This document shows positions 54,136 to 62,062 of a stretch of 64,000 nucleotides of DNA, one piece after another. The first letter of the stretch is position 1, and each line of letters starts with the position of its first letter. A program made the translations under genes and the position numbers. The notes under the pieces are model-generated. The model made no database searches and had not been told where the DNA came from. It saw only the letters and a program-made list of their open reading frames with translations. Source of the DNA: Geopsychrobacteraceae bacterium. Lineage in GTDB: Bacteria; Desulfobacterota; Desulfuromonadia; Desulfuromonadales; Geopsychrobacteraceae. The stretch spans positions 2,144,001 to 2,208,000 of the forward strand of contig OY759353.1 of assembly GCA_963662315.1 (NCBI GenBank). The letters are read 5' to 3'.

Positions 54136-55203
54136 CAATAAAATGATGGCCGTGAGCGTTATCCTGCTTGTTTTCTGCTTATCTAGCTGCGACTCATCAT
54201 CGGATGCAGTGGTACAAGAAACTTCAACTTCATCTGCAACTGTCCCAGCGACCCAGTCATGGACAGGACAAACAACTAATGGAATCGACTTATATAATAT
54301 TCCCCCAAAACTGGGATCACTGCCTCTTGTCGAACTCCAGCAACGTGCAGAACAGAAAGACCCTGCAGCGTTGTATGAGCTGGGGCGTCGCTATGGCAGT
54401 GGTGAAGGAATTAGCCGCAACCCACAAAAGGCCAAACAGTTGCTTTTTGAAGCAGCGGAAACAGGTGATGTCGATGCCCAGAGCGAGCTAGGAATAGCTT
54501 ACAATCAGGGGGTATTTGGAGAAGTCGATCTCGAAAAGGGATTTAAATGGACGCAAAAAGCAGCACAGCAAGGCCATCCTGTCGCACAATACAATCTTGC
54601 GGATATGTATGAAAAAGGAGAAGGCTGTCAGCAAAGCTACAAGGAGGCGTTCAAGTGGTTAATGCAATCAGCAAATAAGCAATTTGTCCCTGCTTTTGCT
54701 GAAATAGGTACATATTATTTCAATGGCTATGGACACACCACAGATATTAATGAGGCTGTAAAATGGTTCCAGCGGGGTGCGCTTGCTGATGATGCTAAAG
54801 CACAATACAATCTTGGATACTGTTACTCCCACGGGGAAGGGCTGCCTGCTGATTATGATAAAGCAATAGAATGGTACACCAAATCAGCAGAGAAACATTA
54901 TCCAGAAGCTATTTATAACTTAGGAATAATATATCTCTATGGCAAAATAGCACCAAAAGACTATAAACGTGCCTTAGAATACTTCCAGTTGTGCGCGAAC
55001 ATGGGACAGGAGGATTGTCAAGTTAATCTTGGAATAATGAATGTTTTAGCTATAGGAACAGAAAATAATAACAAGCTGGCCTATAATGTTTTTCAATCTG
55101 CTGCCCAAAATGGTTCTTCAAAATATGATGCCATTTTCAATCTTGGACAAATGTATGAAAATGGCCTTTATGTCAATAAAAGCTTAATTAAGGCATACGC
55201 CTA

Positions 55204-56501
55204 GAGGGTGTTCAGGATTCTGTGTCAGGCTCATAGACTGAGATGTTTTTCCAGCCGACCCGGAAAATGGATGGTCAGCTGAGCCAGCGTCAGATTCCAG
55301 TTCTGAATCGGATGTGTCCAACGCTCGGAGGCCTTGAGTATGCCAGCGTAAAGCAGCTTCAGCAAGCTGTTTTCATTGGCGAAGCCACCCTTTGTCTTGG
55401 TCAGTTTGCGGAACTGTCGGTGAACCGCCTCCACAGCATTGGTGGTATAGATGGCTGTCCGGACGTAATCGGGGTACTTGAAATAGTTGGATAAGGTCGG
55501 CCATTTACTGCGCCAAGACTTAATGACCATGGGATACTTCTCACCCCATTTCGATTCCAAGTCGTCCAAAGCCAGCTCCGCTGCGTTGAGGGTCGCTGCC
55601 TTGTAGACACACTTCAGATCAGCCATGAAGGCCTTTTGATTCTTTGAGGCTACATACTTGATCGAATTGCGAATCTGGTGGATGACGCAGTGCTGGATTT
55701 CAGTATTCGGATAGATGCTTTCGATAGCTTCGGGGAAACCCTTGAGGCCATCGACACATGCGATCAAAATGTCCTGTACCCCGCGGTTATGCAGATCGGT
55801 AAGAACGCTTAACCAGTGGTGTGCCCCTTCATTGTCGGAGAGATAGAGTCCGAGAAGCTCTTTCTTGCCTTCGATGTTCAGGCCCAGGATGGTGTAGATC
55901 GCCTTACCGATATAACGGCCGTTTTCCTTGACCTTGTAGTGGATAGCGTCCAGCCAGAGGATCGGATAAATCGCTTCAAGATCGCGCTCTCGCCAGGCTT
56001 GCAGGTCCGGCAAGAGCTTGTCGGTTACGGCGTTAATTGTGCCGTTGGAAACGGAAATTCCATACATGTCGGAGACATGTTGCCGAATATCCTGATAGCT
56101 CGTACCAAGAGCAAACAGGGCAATGATTTTCCGCTCCAACTCATCGGTAAGCTGAGTCTGATTTTTTTTAACCAGCTGAGGCTCAAAGGTATTGGCGCGA
56201 TCACGCGGAGTATCAAGAATAAAACTGTCCGAGAGGGACTTGACTGTTTTTGACGTTTTACCGTTTTTGCGATTCGGGCCTTCCTCATTGGCCAAGTGCT
56301 CATCAAGTTCGGCCTGTATGGCGGCTTCTGTAAGCTGCTTGATCAGCGGAGTGAGAATCCCGTCTTTGCCGTTGAGATCCTTGCCTTCACGCAAGGCCGC
56401 AAGAGCAGCGTCTAGATCGAAGGTGATTTTGGGTTGAGTCATGTGTCATTCCTTTGGTTGTGATGATAGTAACGAATTGACACAGAATTTTGAACACTAC
56501 C
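55204..56501 (-). mobile_element. Complete IS256-family insertion sequence (1298 bp)
   Basis: Terminal IRs GAGGGTGTTCAGGATTCTGTGTCA and TGACACAGAATTTTGAACACTACC. 8-bp target duplication TACGCCTA at 55196-55203 and 56502-56509. Confidence 0.96.
55231..56442 (-). CDS. IS256-family DDE transposase
   Basis: NRKNG, PRDR, WLDAIH, CVDGLKGF, QHCVIHQIRNS and IYTTNAVE. Confidence 0.96.
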   Translation of the reverse strand: MTQPKITFDLDAALAALREGKDLNGKDGILTPLIKQLTEAAIQAELDEHLANEEGPNRKNGKTSKTVKSLSDSFILDTPRDRANTFEPQLVKKNQTQLTDELERKIIALFALGTSYQDIRQHVSDMYGISVSNGTINAVTDKLLPDLQAWRERDLEAIYPILWLDAIHYKVKENGRYIGKAIYTILGLNIEGKKELLGLYLSDNEGAHHWLSVLTDLHNRGVQDILIACVDGLKGFPEAIESIYPNTEIQHCVIHQIRNSIKYVASKNQKAFMADLKCVYKAATLNAAELALDDLESKWGEKYPMVIKSWRSKWPTLSNYFKYPDYVRTAIYTTNAVEAVHRQFRKLTKTKGGFANENSLLKLLYAGILKASERWTHPIQNWNLTLAQLTIHFPGRLEKHLSL

Positions 56502-56941
56502 TACGCCTATTATCAAACCTCACTAAAAATTTTGCGACTTAAGCCCACTGAATCTTCTGCATTAACTGAATCCGAACTACTCGATTCCATCACCACCCTC
56601 AAAGCTCAAATGACTACAGCAGAAATCGCCGCTGGCGAAGCTGAAATTTCTAAGGTGATGCAGGAGTATGGGATTGTGCTTTAGTCCGCTAAGACTGCAT
56701 AAAATGTTAGACAAGGCCCTAAAATCGCCAAAATGTTATAACAACAGGTCGGTCTTTATATGCCTGTAACTACTTCGTCTAAAACCGCTTTGCTTTTACT
56801 CGAAGGTAATTTAGCCAGCGGTGCTGAGTCGACAAGACGAAGCTTAACCGGAAGATGAAAGCCTGTTTTTTCCTGTTACCTTTCAAACAACATAAGAATC
56901 ATCTAACAATAAAAATCTAAACAATCAGCTTTGGAAGTGAA

Positions 56942-59656
56942 ATGCGCAATCTTACTATTACAATCAGTGTTGTCATCCTGACTTTCTTTTCTCTCTTGCT
57001 CTGCAGTTGCGAAAACTGGGGAGAGAGTATCAGAAAAGTCCCAAACACCTTAGCCTTTACCATCAGTTATAGTTCAGAAATTGCTCATTTTGATGAATAC
57101 AAAAATGAGCTTTTCCATCTATTGACACTTGATGATGGTGACATAAAAAACATCAACCTCAGTGAGGACAGAAAAACTTTAAGTATTGGAATTTACTGTC
57201 GAAACAAGCATGTTGCCAAGGATATGAAGGAACATTTCACAAAGTTTCCGGACTTATTTTCAAAAATTTATCATGACAATAAAAAAATCTTTAAAAACGA
57301 AATGTTAATAATTTCCGGGGCCCTGAAAGGTCAGACTGTCTCTTATAAAGATCGTGTTTACAACACTTCGAAGGCAAAAATATTCATTGAGCAAGAGAAC
57401 GAAAAAGTACAAGGGATTTATCAAAATTTCTATTCTAAGACATTATTTATTCCCGCAGAGGAGTCAAACCAGGACCTTGTTAAGCTCAAAGATCCGGTCA
57501 TCTGCTTTAGTGAAGGTTCTTATCTCAAAAAGTACCATGACAGTATAAAGTTTGATAAGAATGGCAACATCACAATTCCACTAGACAGGACAGCACACAG
57601 CCATGAGTTTGATATAGACAAATTTGGAAGGTCTTACAATACAGCTCTTGAGGCTTTTCTGTCCTATCAAAATATTTTTACCGATATTGAATCCTTTTCT
57701 ATAGCGGGTATGTTGACCAGCAAATCAACATTTCACCCTGATGGTTCAGTGAAAACTGTCAATAACTTCAGCACAAATAAGCCACATATCACGACTGAAG
57801 ATACGCCCCTTAATACATCTCCAGACCATTTGGGTGCAAGGGCACGCCTGACATATTTCCCAACACTCTCGAACGTTATTGCTACAGCAGCAATGGGTAA
57901 TGTATCCAACGCAAAAATGGGCGTTCCTGGATCACTGATTATCAGCCCCAACTTGCTGAACGTCGGCTTTCTAAAGGCAAGAAAATTATCACGCTACTCT
58001 GAGGAAGTCGATTTGGGACTGACACTGAACAACAAAGACTATTCTTTCCATCATGCGGACAGCTACTTAGATCCTGTGTTCAGTCCCGACAGCCGAAAAG
58101 CAGCTTACGCCCTGGGCACGGCTAATGGCATGTATATTGTCACTCAAGCAGGCTTTCAATCCATTCCCTACGAGGAAATTTTTGGCATCTATTTCAGTCA
58201 CGATGCCAGCACGCTTGCTTTTATTGCTAAAAAATCCAGCGGATTAACCCTTGTCACTAACAACCGTGAAAGCAAGCATTTGTTCGATGACATCATGACC
58301 CCGTTTTTTTCTGATGATGACAGTCTCCTGGCCTTTGCTGGCAAGCTCAATGAGCAATGGGCTTTATACATCAATGGGGAACAGAAAGGTCAACCATATA
58401 GGCAGATTCACAATTATACTTTTCTTCCGAACAGCCATAAACTTGTCCTCTTTGCAGATGGAACAGCCTATCTGGATGACAAAATTTTACCAGGTCTTAA
58501 AGGTATGACTTTTTCATCATTTAGTGCATTGCAAACAAGTAAAGATGGTGAACATTTGGCCTTTATGGCTATAAAAGAAAAGAGCAACTATCTTTACTAT
58601 GATGGAAAACTCACAAAAATTCGTGGCGAAATTATAGATTCTCTTTCCCTGTCTGATGATGGCCTTCACCTTGCGTACGGTTCAAAAGTTGATGATTCGT
58701 TTTTTTATACCATTGATGGCCAACAGTTTGGGCCCTATGAAGCACTGAAATATCAAGGATTCAACTTCAGTCCTGACAGTCAGCATTTTGCATTTAACGC
58801 TATTATTAGCGGCGCTTGGGTGAGCGTTATCGACGGTACAGTTGGCCCATCTTACGCTGAAATGCCTCATGGTGGTCCAATGTTTAGCCCTGACAGTCAG
58901 CACATCGTCTATTTTGGCAAAAAAGATGGTTCATGGTGCATTATCAAGGATGCTCAGGAATTTTTCATATCGGAAAAACCTTTCTCTACCGGATCTAAAA
59001 TCCTGCGCTTTGATGACCGTGAGAATTTTCACTATATTTCTCGGTATGATAAAGACATCTTTCTTAATAGAAGCGCTTTTCACTATATCAGACCCACCCG
59101 TCTTGATCGGTTCGACAGTCTGTTGACAGATCCCATAAAAAGCTTGCCGGAATTTTTTAGATTATATGTGACCGCTGCGACCGGTCCAGATGCCTGGGGG
59201 CATTACTGTATTGCAATGATGTATTTTTCAGGAGATCCCGTTCCACAAGACTACCCGGAAGCCTATAGCCATCTTGAGAAAGCGATGAAGCAAGAACTCC
59301 CCATAGCACTGGCAAAACGGGGGAATATGTATCTGACAGGTGATTATTCAACAATTGATTATGAGCGGGCCTATCAAATATCAATGCCTGCGGCAAAGAG
59401 GGGCAATCCTGAAGCTATTTTCAATATTGGTCAACTTTATCAACACGGTGGCCGGGTTAAGCAGGATAAACCACTGGCCTATGCTCACTATCAAATCTAT
59501 CTGGAAATACTGAACAGCCTTTCCATTGAAGATGCGCTTGTTGATAAATACACTCAACTACTCGCTGCACAGTTGAGCGCCGAAGAGCACAAGAAGGCTC
59601 TGAGCCACATTCCTCGTTTAAAAGAAAAATACTCAGTGGGGAAAAACAACGACTAA
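56942..59656 (+). CDS. 904-aa lipoprotein: unknown N-domain, TolB/PD40-like propeller, C-terminal Sel1 repeats
   Basis: LLCSC lipobox; repeated FSPDS..AY/F blades; AIFNIGQLYQHG..DKPLAYAHY. Confidence 0.8.
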   Translation: MRNLTITISVVILTFFSLLLCSCENWGESIRKVPNTLAFTISYSSEIAHFDEYKNELFHLLTLDDGDIKNINLSEDRKTLSIGIYCRNKHVAKDMKEHFTKFPDLFSKIYHDNKKIFKNEMLIISGALKGQTVSYKDRVYNTSKAKIFIEQENEKVQGIYQNFYSKTLFIPAEESNQDLVKLKDPVICFSEGSYLKKYHDSIKFDKNGNITIPLDRTAHSHEFDIDKFGRSYNTALEAFLSYQNIFTDIESFSIAGMLTSKSTFHPDGSVKTVNNFSTNKPHITTEDTPLNTSPDHLGARARLTYFPTLSNVIATAAMGNVSNAKMGVPGSLIISPNLLNVGFLKARKLSRYSEEVDLGLTLNNKDYSFHHADSYLDPVFSPDSRKAAYALGTANGMYIVTQAGFQSIPYEEIFGIYFSHDASTLAFIAKKSSGLTLVTNNRESKHLFDDIMTPFFSDDDSLLAFAGKLNEQWALYINGEQKGQPYRQIHNYTFLPNSHKLVLFADGTAYLDDKILPGLKGMTFSSFSALQTSKDGEHLAFMAIKEKSNYLYYDGKLTKIRGEIIDSLSLSDDGLHLAYGSKVDDSFFYTIDGQQFGPYEALKYQGFNFSPDSQHFAFNAIISGAWVSVIDGTVGPSYAEMPHGGPMFSPDSQHIVYFGKKDGSWCIIKDAQEFFISEKPFSTGSKILRFDDRENFHYISRYDKDIFLNRSAFHYIRPTRLDRFDSLLTDPIKSLPEFFRLYVTAATGPDAWGHYCIAMMYFSGDPVPQDYPEAYSHLEKAMKQELPIALAKRGNMYLTGDYSTIDYERAYQISMPAAKRGNPEAIFNIGQLYQHGGRVKQDKPLAYAHYQIYLEILNSLSIEDALVDKYTQLLAAQLSAEEHKKALSHIPRLKEKYSVGKNND

Positions 59657-59775
59657 ACCAAGAGAGAGTGAGCCGCTCATTAAATAGCGGCACAATAGGT
59701 CCTTTTCAGAAGTTTGCAAGAAAATGCCACTATACTTCCAAGGGTTAAAACAATGAACAACTGCTATAGGCTAGT

Positions 59776-59858
59776 TAGTGTCCATCCGGAAACTCAAAAC
59801 AGTAACGACCAAGTTTTCAGATTGGAAACGAGCAATTTTTCGTTGTGGCAAGGAAATT
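59776..59858. repeat. Dispersed palindromic repeat, copy 3 (truncated)
   Basis: GATTGGAAACGAGCAATTTTTCGTTGTGGCAAGGAAA. Confidence 0.7.
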
Positions 59859-59878
59859 AGTGCGAGTTGGCGAGTTGA

Positions 59879-60617
59879 GGGTCGGACCAAGATAACAACT
59901 TGATATCACTGAATTTTGATCAAAATAAAGGGGTATTTTCAGTCTTAAACACCCCTTTATGACCATAAAATCATGCCCGTAACCATGGAGGATAAATCTT
60001 AATGTGTTTTCAACGACTTAAAACAGAACTGATCAATTTTGTATTAATGCGTGGCAGAGTAAGTTTGACACAATATTTACGCTTTATGGCAGCAATTATT
60101 GTTTTCTCAATCGCATTTATATATTTCTCTCCAAGTGGTGATAATGGCTTTTTAATGTTGCTATTCTGGCTACCCCTATGCTGGATCATTGTTCCATTCT
60201 CTATCACCATAAGACGTTTTCATGATGTTGGTTTGAGTGGCAAATCGGTCATAGTCACCACCTTCATATTGATTGCTTTGTTTTTAATTCTCTGCGGCTT
60301 TCTCTATCTATTTGCTGGGGTTGCTTCCGTTGGTGGAAGAACAACTTTTCCTGAATGGATTTTTCCGGTTTTTGGGATAACCATTCTTGGTTTTATTGGC
60401 ATTCTTTTTCGCAATACAATTATCTGCTTAACCCCTGGCCAAGAGGGACAAAATGCTTATGGTCTACCGCCAGGGAATAGTTCAAACCAGTAGAGGCTAC
60501 AAAAGGGATCAAACCAAGATAACAATTTGATATCACTGAATTTCAATCTAAACAAAGGGGTATTTTCAGCCTTAAATACCCCTTTTGACTATAAGAATCA
60601 CCCTCGTAACCATGGAG
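59879..60617 (+). repeat. ~112-bp imperfect direct repeats (59879-59990 and 60505-60617) flanking the DUF805 gene
   Basis: Both read ACCAAGATAACAA.TTGATATCACTGAATTT...AAAGGGGTATTTTCAG.CTTAAA.ACCCCTTT...CGTAACCATGGAG. Confidence 0.88.
60002..60493 (+). CDS. DUF805 (YhaH-like) membrane protein
   Basis: RGRVS, IRRFHDVGLSG and PGQEGQNAYG. Confidence 0.88.
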   Translation: MCFQRLKTELINFVLMRGRVSLTQYLRFMAAIIVFSIAFIYFSPSGDNGFLMLLFWLPLCWIIVPFSITIRRFHDVGLSGKSVIVTTFILIALFLILCGFLYLFAGVASVGGRTTFPEWIFPVFGITILGFIGILFRNTIICLTPGQEGQNAYGLPPGNSSNQ

Positions 60618-60626
60618 AGGGACACC

Positions 60627-60725
60627 ATGCCACGTGCTCATCGTCATTTCTTGCCAAGTTATGGCTGGCAGATTCCCCAGCGTTGCCATAAACATTTTTT
60701 TTGCTGAAGCTTTCCCGGGATCACC
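60627..60725 (+). pseudogene. 5' relic of a Y1 (IS200-like/RAYT) transposase
   Basis: MPRAHRHFLPSYGWQIPQRCHK, then frameshifted FLLKLSRD; resembles the MxRxxRHxxPGxxWHITHRCH..FLLKF..D N-terminus recalled for this family. Confidence 0.6.
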
Positions 60726-60746
60726 ATAAGCATTTCGGCCGGCGAT

Positions 60747-61217
60747 TTACAGTTTCCGGCCGAGTCTTTTTTCGATCTGCTTCTTCTCCCATTTCGGGCC
60801 GAACAGATTGAAGACTTCGAAGACATTGAGACCATGAGAAATAATACCGATGCCCCAGCCCAGTGCTACCCACCAAACCCAGAGATAACCGGGATTGGTC
60901 AAGAAGTTGATGATGAACAGCAGAATAATCACAACCAAATACTTTATCAGGTGTGAATAAAAACCTTTGATGTCACGCACCTGCTCAATCACCTTCTGTT
61001 CCGTTTCAGTTTGTTCACGGGTTGTCGTTGTCATGGTGTTCTCCTGTTGTAATTCATTCAGGTCGATTTCAAATACCGCCGCCAGACACTTCAGCGTTTC
61101 CAACGAGGGTGTTTGTCCACGCTCAAGTCGCTGAATGGTTCTGACGCTTAGCTCGCTTAGTTGAGCCAACTGTTCTTGTGACCAGCCTTTTTTCAATCTT
61201 AATTTTCTGAGTTGCAT
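60747..61217 (-). CDS. XRE-family HTH regulator with C-terminal 2TM domain
   Basis: LRLKKGWSQEQLAQLSELSVRTIQRLERG, then GFYSHL..Y..WWVALGWGIG. Confidence 0.88.
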   Translation of the reverse strand: MQLRKLRLKKGWSQEQLAQLSELSVRTIQRLERGQTPSLETLKCLAAVFEIDLNELQQENTMTTTTREQTETEQKVIEQVRDIKGFYSHLIKYLVVIILLFIINFLTNPGYLWVWWVALGWGIGIISHGLNVFEVFNLFGPKWEKKQIEKRLGRKL

Positions 61218-61384
61218 ACCAAGCCTCGTTGTTTTTGAATCGACATTAGCAAGAATCCTCAATGGAGGTAACGACAGGAAGGCGACAGTCGCCTGACAGG
61301 AGCATGTCATAATCGCTTATCTTCTGTGATATGATCCGTCAGAGTCAAACCTTTCCGTTTGGCGGGGTCGGGCAGCTGGTAGGA

Positions 61385-61660
61385 AAAATAACCAGAAACG
61401 CTGTTGCCAAGGTATAAGCACCTTTCTGGTCTGACAAATAGAAATAAAGAAGCTCCTTCTTTCCTTCGATTTGCAAGCCCAGGATGGTGGAGATCGCCTT
61501 GCGGGTCTAGCGACCGTCCATTATCTTATCGTGGACGGTCGCTAGAGGATCGGATAAATGAGTACAAGATCACGTTCCCGCCAGGCCTGCCAGGGACGAG
61601 TCAGTCAGTAACAGCATTATTATTAGTGCTGTTGGACACAGAATTTAGAACACACTGCCC
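61385..61660 (-). pseudogene. Internally deleted IS256 relic
   Basis: CCCAGGATGGTGGAGATCGCCTT and GAGGATCGGATAAAT align with 55883-55970 of the intact IS. Ends in the IR-like GACACAGAATTTAGAACAC. Confidence 0.78.
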
Positions 61661-61679
61661 CTCCTTTTCTGAGCTAAAA

Positions 61680-61907
61680 CTACTGCCAGAACTTCTTTTG
61701 CATGTGCTGACGCACTTGCTGTTCATTTAAGCCGATATCGCGCAGCAAAAAGTATGGCAGTTTCGCAAGATGCTTGCGCGTATGAGCATTGTGACGCCAT
61801 TTTTGAATCCAGAACAGAAGCCCCACCGCATACAGGCGGATGTTCATCTGTTGGCGGCTTGGGGTGCTGACTGTCCATTTACTGATCAACAGGCTCTTTT
61901 TTATCAT
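61680..61907 (-). CDS. DUF1127 (YjiS-like) small protein
   Basis: TRKHLAKLPYFLLRDIGL...KKFWQ; GGAGAG RBS. Confidence 0.85.
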   Translation of the reverse strand: MIKKSLLISKWTVSTPSRQQMNIRLYAVGLLFWIQKWRHNAHTRKHLAKLPYFLLRDIGLNEQQVRQHMQKKFWQ

Positions 61908-61992
61908 TGTCGCTCTCCAGTCCTTGGCATTGAGATACTGGATATGCTACATGTTTTATCTGGACCGTTACAGATGCAGAACATTAATTTAT

Positions 61993-62057
61993 TAACCAGT
62001 ACAGATGGGATATTTTCCCATCTGTACTGGTTATTTTTCAGGAAACTGTACTGGTAA
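61993..62057. promoter_or_regulatory. Probable MocR operator
   Basis: Perfect 18-bp inverted repeat TAACCAGTACAGATGGGA-N5-TCCCATCTGTACTGGTTA plus a direct copy CTGTACTGGTAA at 62046, between divergent genes. Confidence 0.75.
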
Positions 62058-62062
62058 TAACT

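Larger units (their letters stand above)
49322..56684 (+). repeat. ~160-bp junction repeat, 5 full copies plus 1 partial
   Basis: Copies at 49322-49482, 50478-50638, 51721-51881, 52877-53037, 54033-54193 and partial 56582-56684. Confidence 0.93.
54119..56684 (+). pseudogene. Sel1-repeat lipoprotein A3 interrupted by IS256
   Basis: Joining 54119-55203 to 56510-56684 gives 1260 nt (419 aa), the same length as A2. Confidence 0.9.

Noticed and set aside
49322..56684. Regularly spaced repeats as a CRISPR array or integron attC sites
   Set aside because: Repeats are ~160 bp, protein-coding and ~1.2 kb apart. No cas or integrase gene, and no attC-like palindrome.
48168..56684. Diversity-generating retroelement behind Sel1 variation
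   Set aside because: No reverse transcriptase in the window, and differences are block-like rather than adenine-specific.
56490..56684. 64-aa ORF as an independent gene
   Set aside because: It is the severed 3' end of Sel1 gene A3, with a TTG supplied by the IS end.
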